Virus record (IMG/VR): IMGVR_UViG_2806310948_000001
Location: 1-64,000 of that record
Origin: a virus
Lineage: Duplodnaviria > Caudoviricetes
Direction: 5' to 3' (one strand)
DNA length: 64,000 bases
Position numbers and translations under genes: made by a program. The number at the start of each line of letters is the position of its first letter. The first letter of the stretch is position 1. The notes under the pieces are model-generated. The model was not told the origin of the DNA. It ran no database searches and was given only the letters and a program-made list of their open reading frames with translations. Positions 8,219 through 17,500 of this stretch are shown piece after piece.

Positions 8219-8698
8219 ATGCCTAAGTTTGCTACAAAAGCGGCCGACAATATGTTTTGTCAGGCACGATACGAGGCGGCAAAGTTCAACGAACGGTTAA
8301 GTAGCCGCGAAGGAGCTGCTGAGGAACTTGGTGTTGACCGGACAAGGCTTGCACGAATAGAACTTGGCAGTGTTACCCCTTATCCAGAGGAAGTGCTTCT
8401 GATGGCGGATATCTATAGAGCCCCTGAATTGAAAGGTAATTATTGCCGGGAAATGTGCCCGCTGGGAAAAGGAATGCCAAAGATCGAGAGTCATCAGGAC
8501 ATTGATAGGATTGCACTCAGGGCGCTGTGCTCATTCCGGAAGATTAACGAAGCCAAAGAACTCCTGTTAGATATTACAGCAGATGGAGTTATTACAGAGG
8601 ATGAAAAGTCAGATTTGGAGAAGATCATAAACACCTTGGATGAGGTTAATGAGGTAACTCAGAACCTGAAAAACTGGATTGAAAAAACATTGAAATGA
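8219..8698 (+). CDS. Phage HTH regulatory protein (CII/XRE-like)
   Basis: SREGAAEELGVDRTRLARIELG HTH; position after cro. Confidence 0.7.
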   Translation: MPKFATKAADNMFCQARYEAAKFNERLSSREGAAEELGVDRTRLARIELGSVTPYPEEVLLMADIYRAPELKGNYCREMCPLGKGMPKIESHQDIDRIALRALCSFRKINEAKELLLDITADGVITEDEKSDLEKIINTLDEVNEVTQNLKNWIEKTLK

Positions 8699-8712
8699 AT
8701 GGAGGTGCAGGC

Positions 8713-8895
8713 ATGGGAATCGTCAAAGATTACAAAATTGGAAATACCAGCATAAAGATAGCTGATGATTATTGCTTATCAAAAACAGATGAAGAAGTAG
8801 AAGAGATCTTGCATCGTATCGCAGTATCTGCATATAGACATTTCAATGCCAAAGCCGAAAACTATGCAGATGAAACAATGATCAACGCAGGTTGA
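8713..8895 (+). CDS. Hypothetical phage protein
   Basis: GGAGG RBS, operon context. Confidence 0.6.
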   Translation: MGIVKDYKIGNTSIKIADDYCLSKTDEEVEEILHRIAVSAYRHFNAKAENYADETMINAG

Positions 8896-8911
8896 TAGAA
8901 AGAGGTGTACA

Positions 8912-9076
8912 TTGCTTACAACGGAAGATGTGAAGAAATATCACGCAACAGTTGAACGGATTTTAAATGCGTTAGATAACAGCCCGGTGCCAATCAGTTG
9001 GCGTAAAATGGACAGATGCGCATTACAGAGCGTTATCGCCAAAGAATTGATCTTAATTGATAAGGAGGCAAGATAA
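8912..9076 (+). CDS. Small hypothetical protein (54 aa, TTG start); not in the ORF track
   Basis: RBS GAGGTG, open frame MLTTEDVKKYHATVERIL...DKEAR, stop overlaps the next ATG. Confidence 0.6.
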   Translation: MLTTEDVKKYHATVERILNALDNSPVPISWRKMDRCALQSVIAKELILIDKEAR

Positions 9077-9432
9077 TGGATGTACGCAAAGTACAAGATA
9101 TGCGAAAGAATGTGGAACATCAGTACATTACAGAAGATTCCAAAACACGGATATATCTGTCCGTGGTGCGAGAATTTAATGAGAAGGAGTATGAAAAATA
9201 TTCCCAAAAAAAGAAAAGAGCGAAAATGAAAAAGAGAATTCGCTTTTTGAAAAGGTTGATGGTTTACATCATTCCTACAGCAATCAGCCTTATCTTTTTC
9301 GGATATCTGAGTGATATGCTTTGCGCAATAAGGGGAAGCGCAGAGCTCGGATCTGAATGGATAGCAATCCCGATCATGTGGGTGTGGATACATGCGCTGG
9401 TCAGATTTGCTGTAGGAGATGATGCATATTAA
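9076..9432 (+). CDS. Hypothetical membrane protein
   Basis: Two C-terminal hydrophobic segments; AAGGAGG RBS. Confidence 0.65.
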   Translation: MDVRKVQDMRKNVEHQYITEDSKTRIYLSVVREFNEKEYEKYSQKKKRAKMKKRIRFLKRLMVYIIPTAISLIFFGYLSDMLCAIRGSAELGSEWIAIPIMWVWIHALVRFAVGDDAY

Positions 9433-9585
9433 AAGCCCCAGATGCTTAAAGGAGATATGAAGTGTAGACGGCACTCATAAGTCCGCATCGGAGGCTTAGG
9501 TCAGAACTTTAAAACTTTGGTTTTGGAGCCCTTGTTTTTAAAGAACACCGTCATTTTATCACAAATTTAGGAGGTAATCAAGTAC

Positions 9586-10725
9586 ATGCAGGAAATTTCA
9601 GGAAGCTTATCAGAGGTTATAAGAGCATACAGTGATCATAATTTGCTTGTCCCTGCGGCAACAGATGTGCAACTGAATCCTTTCTATAAATATCATGTAG
9701 AGGAAGTTGCAGTTGATCTGAGCGAAAATAGTGGCGACATTTTTAAAGTTGGTTCTGTTAAAACTGGAAAAACAGATAGCAAAGGAAATGATATCTGGCA
9801 GGATACATATTCATTATCCAAACCACTTCTTAACAAATTGGCTATGGCAGCTGGTATTCAGTTTAATCCACATCAGACATACGGTAGACGAATTGATAAT
9901 ATCACATATCGAGCTCAGGCACAGGGAGCAATGAGAAAAGCGGATGGGACTTACAGATCGGAAGTCGACCAGAAAGAAATCTGTCTTGAGGATGAAGAAG
10001 ATAAGTATCGTACAGAATTTTCTGATAAGGCGGTTAAGGGGATTACAGACAAGAAAGCGGCAAATGCAGCGGCAGAAATATTTAAAGGAAGCTGGGTTGA
10101 TACGAAAGATAAATGGGGAAAGAAAGTTAAAGCTTATGTTATCGACGAAGCAGATAGAGAACGATATGTTGAACGTTCGGTAAAAGTAAATATGGCTTTA
10201 TTAAAGAAGACATGGGCCGAAAAAGCAATGACAGGAGCAAAACTCAGAGTCATCAGAGCATTGCTTGGGACAAAAGGCTCTTACACAAAGGATGAATTAA
10301 AAAAGAATTTCGCGATTCCAACAGTAATATTCTCTCCGGATTATTCAGATCCACAGGTCCGGCAGGCAATGCTGATGCAGGGTATGAATTCTGTAAACAA
10401 TATGTTCGGAATGCCTCAGATTGAGGTTAAGAATGTAGATTTTGCCACAGATAGCAATATTATCGATGAAGGTGACTTGGACAATCCGGCGTTTACTTCG
10501 GAACTTCCGGATGAAGATATGGGCGAAATTCAACAGGAAGCATTTGCCCAGCCCGAACAGGAAGAGCCGAATGAACCGGATCCGCAACCAGAGGAAGACA
10601 GAACTGCAGATTTTCAGTGCTCCAGATGCGGTACGATCATAAATGAAAAGGTTTATGAGTATTCAATCAATAAATTTGGTGAACCATTGTGTATCAAATG
10701 CCAGAGAGGAGGCGGACGCAGATGA
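9586..10725 (+). CDS. Hypothetical recombination-module protein with acidic linker and C-terminal Zn finger
   Basis: C-terminal CSRCG...LCIKC; located just before the SbcCD-like nuclease. Confidence 0.6.
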   Translation: MQEISGSLSEVIRAYSDHNLLVPAATDVQLNPFYKYHVEEVAVDLSENSGDIFKVGSVKTGKTDSKGNDIWQDTYSLSKPLLNKLAMAAGIQFNPHQTYGRRIDNITYRAQAQGAMRKADGTYRSEVDQKEICLEDEEDKYRTEFSDKAVKGITDKKAANAAAEIFKGSWVDTKDKWGKKVKAYVIDEADRERYVERSVKVNMALLKKTWAEKAMTGAKLRVIRALLGTKGSYTKDELKKNFAIPTVIFSPDYSDPQVRQAMLMQGMNSVNNMFGMPQIEVKNVDFATDSNIIDEGDLDNPAFTSELPDEDMGEIQQEAFAQPEQEEPNEPDPQPEEDRTADFQCSRCGTIINEKVYEYSINKFGEPLCIKCQRGGGRR

Positions 10726-11159
10726 AAATTATTAAAATTTCCACAGAACTTGAAATGACAATACACGATTTTCCGGAAGGAACCATGAGAGAACAAAGCA
10801 AAGCTCTCTACGAACTGATTGGTAATGGATGCGATATTGTTGAACATGTAATGCCGAAGAGACTTTATACAATGTTAAAAATGTCGCCTACACCAACAAG
10901 GACGCCTGGTGAATGTGTATGCATGTTGATCGACGAAGAGGGAAGGCTGAAGCCGAATAGAGCAAACCTGATTGGAAGCTATCTTTACGAATATGACAAG
11001 CATGGATGCCCTATTCTTGGAAACATCCTGTTTATCGGAGAAAAGATGGGGAATAGTGGCATTGATTTCTGTGGGATTAGTGAAGAGAACTTCGATTGTT
11101 TGAAAAAGGGGCTCGTAAATATGTTTCCTGTAATAAAAGTGACGGAGGTAAAAGAATGA
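10722..11159 (+). CDS. DUF3846-like phage protein
   Basis: GCDIVEHV...MLIDEEGRLK...ILGNILFIG pattern. Confidence 0.55.
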   Translation: MKIIKISTELEMTIHDFPEGTMREQSKALYELIGNGCDIVEHVMPKRLYTMLKMSPTPTRTPGECVCMLIDEEGRLKPNRANLIGSYLYEYDKHGCPILGNILFIGEKMGNSGIDFCGISEENFDCLKKGLVNMFPVIKVTEVKE

Positions 11160-14100
11160 AGATTTTACATACAGCTGACTGGCATATTGGCCAGTTTAAA
11201 GGTCCTGTAGTGGACGGGGTAAATCTCCGTTCACAGGATACAGTAAATTGTCTTAATTATATGATTAAGGTTGCAGAAGAAGAGAAACCAGACATTGTTT
11301 GCGTTTCTGGTGATGTTTTCCATCAGGAGCAGATAGGTCCGGTAAGATATTCGGACGAAATGATTGTTGCAACAGACACGATCACAAAATTGGCAGGTGT
11401 TGCGAAAGCAGTAATCGTAATGAGAGGAACGCCGAATCATGATGGAGGTGGACAATTCAGAGTTTTGAGCAAGATGTTTGCAAATACCGGAAATGTACAT
11501 ATAGTAACATCGCCAACTGTACTCCGTACGCCATATGCTGATATAGCCTGCATTCCGGGATTTGATAAGCAGGAGTTCAGATCAAGATTCCCTGGTCTGT
11601 CTGCAGATGAAGAAAATGAAGCATGGACAAGCTATATATCCAGTATGGTAATGGGACTTCGAGCTGAATGCCATAATACACCTATACTGATGGCGCATTA
11701 TACCGTACCTGGTTGCAACATGGAATCCGGCCAGACTTCATTCTTTACAAATTTTGAACCGGTTATTCCGAGAGAAGCATTGGAAGCTGCTGGGTATGAA
11801 GCAGTGCTCCTGGGACACATTCACCGCCCGCAGATACTTAATGGTCTGCATAATGTATTTTACTCCGGGGCTATTAATGCTATGAATTTCAATGATGAAG
11901 GACAGGAGAGAGGTTTCTGGATTCACGAGTTCAGTGATACAGGAAAGCTGACAAAAGGACATAATTGCATCACACCATACAGACGGTTCTATACGATCAC
12001 ATGGGATACAGAAGAAGTGGAAGCTTATATCCGAGAGGGAGTGATGTATCTTCATAGATTGGGATTTCCGGAAGATGTGACAGATAAGATTGTTCGAGTG
12101 CGGTATTCCTGTACATCCGAACAGAAGAAACAGTTAAATATTCCTGCACTGCAGAAAGACCTGTATGAACTGGGGGCCTTTTATGTGTCGGATATTGAGG
12201 CAGAAAATGCTATTGATGTTACGAACAGAGGATTACTCTCAGAGGAAAGCGACCCGACTTTAAATCTCAAGAAGTATCTGGAAGAAAAATGCTTCAAGAA
12301 TCCAGATAAGATCGTAGAACTGGCAGAACCGATTATTGCGGAAGCGATGAAACAGAGTACAACTGCAGAGATACACGGAGTATTCCGACCGATTTCAATA
12401 GCTGTCCGCAATTACAGAAATTATAAAGAAGAAAGATTTGATTTTGCTGATATATCTTTCTGTACGATCAACGGTATAAATGGAGCAGGAAAGAGCAGCT
12501 TATTCATGGATGCGATTGTTGACTGCCTGTTTGAAGAAACTCGAGAGGGAGACAGCAAGGCGTGGATCCGCGGTACAGAAGATGCAAGAAGCGGTTCTAT
12601 AGAATTTGTATTTGACATTGGAGATAAGAGATTCAGGGTCGTACGTACCAGAACTAAGTCAGGAAAACCGACGTTGAACCTATCTCAGTATGAAGAAAAT
12701 GAATGGCGAAACATTTCAAAGGAGCGAATTGCTGATACTCAGGCAGAGATAGAGAAGCTTCTCGGTATGGACAGCATGACATTCCGAAGTTGCGCTTTAA
12801 TCATGCAGGATCAGTACGGATTATTCTTGCAGGCTAAAAAGGACGAACGTATGACAATACTTGCGAAACTGCTTGGTCTTGGAATCTATGGAGTTATGGA
12901 ACTGGATTCAAAAAAGAAACTCTCCGAACAGAGAAAAGAGCTGGCCTCGAAAAAAGAAGCTGTCCGAATCAAAACGGATTTTATCAAATCCAAAGGAGAT
13001 CCGGAATCTGAATTGCAGAAAGCAGAGGAAGATATTCATCAGCTTAATAAAGAGATTGAGGATTTAAGCGATACTCAAGGACAGTTACTGAATAAACATG
13101 CTCAGATTGCAAAAGCAGAGCAGGAGTGCCGCAAAGCTTCGGAAGAATTGGATGATTGTCATAAGAGACGCAGCTCCATTTCAGATGAAATCTCAAGTAA
13201 GACGCAGATTTTAGAAAACTGTAATGTCGCATTGGAATCAGCGAATGAGGTCAGAAAAAAAGCCGCCGAATATAAACAGTTGTCCGAACAGATTATAGAG
13301 CTGGAGAAAGACGTTCTTAATCATGACAACGCAAAAAGAAATCTTGCCGGGTATAATGCTGACATCCAGAATTGCCAGAATATCATAAACGATGCAAAGC
13401 GTCGAAATAACGACATTGCGAATCTTATTGAACAGCTTAAAGCAGAACTTCCGGATAATTTGGAAGAAAAACTGACGGAGTTGGCTCAGGTGAGGACACA
13501 ATGCGAGGAATTACAGGAAAAAAGATATCTGGCTTCTATTGCGGAGCAGGAACTGCAACAGATAAGAGCAACGTATTCTCAGCGTATATCAGAAGCAGAG
13601 AACAGGCGGAAATATCGTTTGGACAGAATTTCCGAGATAAGACAGCAGGAGGAATTTATGAAGAATTCCGGTTGCCCTGATATAGATGGAGCAAGCTGCA
13701 GGTTTCTTGCAAAAGCAATCGATGATGTAAAAAGTTTACCAGAAGAAGCAGACCATCTGGAAAAATGTGAGGAAGAAATAGCAGCATTGAGGATCAAACG
13801 GGACGAAGAAATATCCAAAAAACAGGATGAAATTTGTGTTATCGGATATGATGCTGAAAGATTAGATCTTTTGACAACAAAAGCAAGTGCGCTTGTGAAA
13901 TATGAAAACTTGAAAAAGGATGCCGAGAAAAAGAAACTTGAAATCGCCCGTTTAGAGACAGAAAAGAACACCAACAGTAAAACGATAGGGCAGTATGAAG
14001 AAATCCTCTTAGAGCTCAATATAAAGGCCCAGAAAGCAACTGATATTGTTGATATGTTATCTGATTCCGTTATTAAGTACGATAATGCTGTATGTAAAAG

Positions 14101-14983
14101 AAATTCGGTGGCACATTTTGCAGACCAGGAAAAGGAACTTCCGGTGTATGAAGAGAGAAAGCAGCATATTGATAAGAGACTTACTGAATTATATCAGGAG
14201 CGGAGCAAGGAAGATGCCAACGAACTTGTTTTATACAACAATCTTCGTGAAGCGGAAATAAAACTGGAAGAATTAAGAAAAGATATTGAAGGCAGTGAAG
14301 CTCTTGAAGAAGTTGAGAGAAGATTAAAATTTGCAAAAGAAACTCTGGAAAAAGCGCAGATTCAAAAAGGCGTACTGACACAGAGAGTTGAAGATGTTGA
14401 GGCGATGCGTTCTGAAATAGCTCTTTTGAATAAAGGTATTGCTGTTGCAGCTGAGAAAGCTGATTGCTACGAGGCTTTGAAACAGGCATTTTCACAGGAT
14501 GGCGTTCCGCATCAGATCATCCGAAATATTATTCCTCACATTACTGATACTGCAAACAATATCCTTGGATCTATGACAGGCGGAACTATGGGAGTGGAAT
14601 TTGTGATGGAACGTACCGTCAAAGGTAAAGACGGTGACAGAGCTACACTGGACGTACTGATCAATGAGTACGGAAAGACAACTCTCCCATATGCTTCGAA
14701 ATCCGGAGGGGAAAAGGTAAAGGCTTCACTTGCTATTATCCTTGCATTGTCTGAGATTAAAGCAACGTCCGCAGGTATTCAGCTCGGAATGCTGTTTATA
14801 GACGAACCTCCATTTCTCGACGATGATGGAACTCAGGCCTATGTAGATGCTCTGGAAACAATCAGACAGAGGTATCCAGATGTGAAAATTATGGCAATAA
14901 CCCATGATGATGCTATGAAAGCTCGATTCAATCAGTCTGTAACCGTAATTAAAACAGAAGACGGCTCTAAGGTCATTTACTAA
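11156..14983 (+). CDS. Single-chain SbcD (Mre11-like nuclease) - SbcC (Rad50-like ATPase) fusion
   Basis: HTADWHIG, GDVFH, GTPNHD, LGHIH phosphoesterase motifs; Walker A GINGAGKSS, Q-loop, coiled coil, signature SGGEK, Walker B LFIDEP, ITHD; no stop or frameshift between the halves. Confidence 0.92.
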   Translation: MKILHTADWHIGQFKGPVVDGVNLRSQDTVNCLNYMIKVAEEEKPDIVCVSGDVFHQEQIGPVRYSDEMIVATDTITKLAGVAKAVIVMRGTPNHDGGGQFRVLSKMFANTGNVHIVTSPTVLRTPYADIACIPGFDKQEFRSRFPGLSADEENEAWTSYISSMVMGLRAECHNTPILMAHYTVPGCNMESGQTSFFTNFEPVIPREALEAAGYEAVLLGHIHRPQILNGLHNVFYSGAINAMNFNDEGQERGFWIHEFSDTGKLTKGHNCITPYRRFYTITWDTEEVEAYIREGVMYLHRLGFPEDVTDKIVRVRYSCTSEQKKQLNIPALQKDLYELGAFYVSDIEAENAIDVTNRGLLSEESDPTLNLKKYLEEKCFKNPDKIVELAEPIIAEAMKQSTTAEIHGVFRPISIAVRNYRNYKEERFDFADISFCTINGINGAGKSSLFMDAIVDCLFEETREGDSKAWIRGTEDARSGSIEFVFDIGDKRFRVVRTRTKSGKPTLNLSQYEENEWRNISKERIADTQAEIEKLLGMDSMTFRSCALIMQDQYGLFLQAKKDERMTILAKLLGLGIYGVMELDSKKKLSEQRKELASKKEAVRIKTDFIKSKGDPESELQKAEEDIHQLNKEIEDLSDTQGQLLNKHAQIAKAEQECRKASEELDDCHKRRSSISDEISSKTQILENCNVALESANEVRKKAAEYKQLSEQIIELEKDVLNHDNAKRNLAGYNADIQNCQNIINDAKRRNNDIANLIEQLKAELPDNLEEKLTELAQVRTQCEELQEKRYLASIAEQELQQIRATYSQRISEAENRRKYRLDRISEIRQQEEFMKNSGCPDIDGASCRFLAKAIDDVKSLPEEADHLEKCEEEIAALRIKRDEEISKKQDEICVIGYDAERLDLLTTKASALVKYENLKKDAEKKKLEIARLETEKNTNSKTIGQYEEILLELNIKAQKATDIVDMLSDSVIKYDNAVCKRNSVAHFADQEKELPVYEERKQHIDKRLTELYQERSKEDANELVLYNNLREAEIKLEELRKDIEGSEALEEVERRLKFAKETLEKAQIQKGVLTQRVEDVEAMRSEIALLNKGIAVAAEKADCYEALKQAFSQDGVPHQIIRNIIPHITDTANNILGSMTGGTMGVEFVMERTVKGKDGDRATLDVLINEYGKTTLPYASKSGGEKVKASLAIILALSEIKATSAGIQLGMLFIDEPPFLDDDGTQAYVDALETIRQRYPDVKIMAITHDDAMKARFNQSVTVIKTEDGSKVIY

Positions 14984-14993
14984 GGAGGCGTCT

Positions 14994-15920
14994 ATGGGAA
15001 AAAGATACTATTGGCTTAAGCTGCCGGATGATTTCTTCCGGCAGAAGCCGATCAAAAAACTCCGCAGAATTGCCGGAGGCGATACATACACAATTATCTA
15101 TCTCAAGATGTTGCTGGTATCTCTGAAAAATGAGGGAAAACTCTTCTTTGATGGAGTAGAAGAGAATTTTACAGAAGAGATTGCACTTGAACTTGACGAA
15201 GAAGAGGAAAACGTAAAAGTCACAGTCCAGTTTCTTATGGCTCAGGGACTCCTGCAACTGATAGACGAAAGCGAATATGAGCTTACAGAGTGTTCCAGAA
15301 TGGTGGGATCTGAAAGCGCAAGTGCTGAAAGAATGAGACGTCTTAGAGATAAAAAAACGTCACAATGTGACATTGGTGTGACGCAACAGTTACACCTCAG
15401 TGACGTAGAGAAAGAGATAGAGATAGAGAAAGATAAAGAGATAGAGAATAAATACATTTGCCCGGAGGTGAACTCCGGACAGCCGCAACCGAAGGTGGAG
15501 ATAGAGCCAGTTACGGAGAGCAGGACGAAGGTGGAGATAGAGCCATCCTGTTCAAAGGCTGAGTTGAAGGTAGAGACAGAGCCGGCTCAGGCGGATGTAT
15601 TTATTAAATTGCCGTTGATCAATGGGGATGATTACCTGGTGACAAAAGAATATGTCAAAGAGCTTAAAGAATTATATCCGGCAGTTGATGTTGAACAGGC
15701 ATTGCGTAATATGCGTGGATGGCTTGATTCTAACCCCAGAAACAAAAAGACTCCGAGGGGAATCAAACGATTTATTACAGGTTGGATATCCAGAGAGCAG
15801 GACAAAGCACCTCGCGTGCCGGATAAGCCAAAGCCTGTTTCTCAAAACCGCTTTAATAATTTTCACCAGAGAGATTATGACTTTGCAGAGTATGAAAGGC
15901 AGTTGTTGAAACGTGAATGA
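14994..15920 (+). CDS. Phage replisome organiser / replication initiator
   Basis: YYWLKLPDDFF...IIYLKMLL N-terminal domain; C-terminal YPAVDVEQALRNMRGWL...FITGWISR. Confidence 0.85.
   Translation: MGKRYYWLKLPDDFFRQKPIKKLRRIAGGDTYTIIYLKMLLVSLKNEGKLFFDGVEENFTEEIALELDEEEENVKVTVQFLMAQGLLQLIDESEYELTECSRMVGSESASAERMRRLRDKKTSQCDIGVTQQLHLSDVEKEIEIEKDKEIENKYICPEVNSGQPQPKVEIEPVTESRTKVEIEPSCSKAELKVETEPAQADVFIKLPLINGDDYLVTKEYVKELKELYPAVDVEQALRNMRGWLDSNPRNKKTPRGIKRFITGWISREQDKAPRVPDKPKPVSQNRFNNFHQRDYDFAEYERQLLKRE
15407..15583 (+). repeat. Purine-rich tract and three about 19-bp direct repeats inside the initiator gene (candidate phage origin)
   Basis: GAAGGTGGAGATAGAGCCA at 15491 and 15527, variant at 15566; GAGATA-rich run 15407-15450. 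Confidence 0.55.
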
Positions 15921-16743
15921 AGAAAAGATTACAGGGACCGAAAAAGAGTTTTTGGATGTGTTCAGGCAGCTCTGCATCAGCAGGAGTTCGTGGCAGGTGT
16001 GGGCGGATCTTATGGCGGCAATGGCATGTACACTTGCAAATGCAGTAGATAAGTCATTGCCGAGACATACGGCAAGGGAAAAAGAGTATGCAGAGTGCAT
16101 CAAACGCCTTGGAGGAGTGGAGAAGCCAGCCAAGTGCTTTGCGATTGTAGTTGAAGCACTGGAACGCAATCCAGATCAGGACTTTCTTGGAAAGCTGTAC
16201 ATGAGCCTTGAGTTAGGAAATCACTGGAAAGGGCAGTTTTTTACACCATACAATGTCTGCGAATGTATGGCTGGCATAACAATCAATGACAATATACAGA
16301 CATTGGAAAAACAGGAATGGATATCTGTCAATGATCCGGCATGTGGAGCAGGAGCGACTCTTGTAGCAACGGCAAACATATTCCGCAGAAAAAAGATAAA
16401 TTACCAGACACGGGTTTTGTTCACCGCCAATGACATAGACAGAGTAGTTGCTCAGATGTGTTACATACAGCTTTCACTTCTTGGGTGTGCAGGCTGGGTG
16501 GCTGTTGCAAATACGATATCCAATCCGGTATGCGGAGATCCGCTGATGCCTGACGAAAAACCTGGACAGGAATTTTGGTACACACCGTTTTACTTTCGGG
16601 AAGAATGGTGTAGGAGACGACAGCTCAAGATATTTAGAGAACAGTTTGGCGCATTGGTCGTGCCATTGAGAAAAATAGAAGCTGAAAGGACAACATTTTA
16701 TTTTGATTTCGAGAAAGGAGAATACAAATGTCAGAACAGTTAA
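15913..16743 (+). CDS. N6-adenine DNA methyltransferase-like protein (type I M-like core)
   Basis: GQFFTP and motif I DPACGAG; no canonical NPPY/F seen. Confidence 0.75.
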   Translation: MNEEKITGTEKEFLDVFRQLCISRSSWQVWADLMAAMACTLANAVDKSLPRHTAREKEYAECIKRLGGVEKPAKCFAIVVEALERNPDQDFLGKLYMSLELGNHWKGQFFTPYNVCECMAGITINDNIQTLEKQEWISVNDPACGAGATLVATANIFRRKKINYQTRVLFTANDIDRVVAQMCYIQLSLLGCAGWVAVANTISNPVCGDPLMPDEKPGQEFWYTPFYFREEWCRRRQLKIFREQFGALVVPLRKIEAERTTFYFDFEKGEYKCQNS

Positions 16744-17489
16744 AACAGGAAGTGGACACTGCTGAAATCGACCGTTTAGAGACGGAAACGGACGTGGACA
16801 GTAAAACGATAGGGCAGGACGAAACAGAACTGCTAGAGAGCAAATTAGAGGACGAGAGCGGCAATGAAGTGAAAGCAGAGGATACTGTGTATTTGGGGAA
16901 AGCTTCACTTGCTGAGATTCTTACAGGAATGGCGGATCCAACAGAAGAGGAAATTAGAGCTGCAGAAATTGAGAATGCAAAGCCGGTAAAGCAGAAGGCT
17001 AAAGAAAAACTGGAAGCTGAAAAGAAAAAAGCAACCCAGAAGAATTTTGCTGAGCCGATCATTGCTTATCTGTTGAAAAGATGCGAAGAGGATCAGGGAC
17101 TTGCTGAGGACGTAATGCAGGAGGGCAAGACCTGGAACAAGTGCTTTAACTATATTGTCGAACAGGCCAGAAAGCAGTCGAATGGCAGATCCACTGCAGT
17201 TGAAGACCAGGTTGTATATGAATGGGCAGAGGATTATTACCACAAATATGAAAAACCGGAAACCGCCAAAAAGGAAAAAGACAAAAAGCCTGCGACAACA
17301 AAAAAGACAGAAGCACCAGCTAAAAAAGTTACAGAAATCAAGAAAGACATTCAGGAAACAAAGAATGATTCCAAGGTTTCTGAAAAGCCAGAGAAAAAAG
17401 ATGCTGCTTCCAAGCAGCGGAAAACTGAAAAAACAAGTACAAAAAGCAGCGGCCTGAACGGTCAGATATCACTGTTCGATCTTCTGTAG
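16728..17489 (+). CDS. PcfK-like protein (family that includes AcrIIA9)
   Basis: KTWNKCFNYIVEQARK...AVEDQVVYEWAEDYY; directly upstream of pcfJ; ends QISLFDLL. Confidence 0.75.
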   Translation: MSEQLKQEVDTAEIDRLETETDVDSKTIGQDETELLESKLEDESGNEVKAEDTVYLGKASLAEILTGMADPTEEEIRAAEIENAKPVKQKAKEKLEAEKKKATQKNFAEPIIAYLLKRCEEDQGLAEDVMQEGKTWNKCFNYIVEQARKQSNGRSTAVEDQVVYEWAEDYYHKYEKPETAKKEKDKKPATTKKTEAPAKKVTEIKKDIQETKNDSKVSEKPEKKDAASKQRKTEKTSTKSSGLNGQISLFDLL

Positions 17490-17500
17490 GAGGATGTCAC

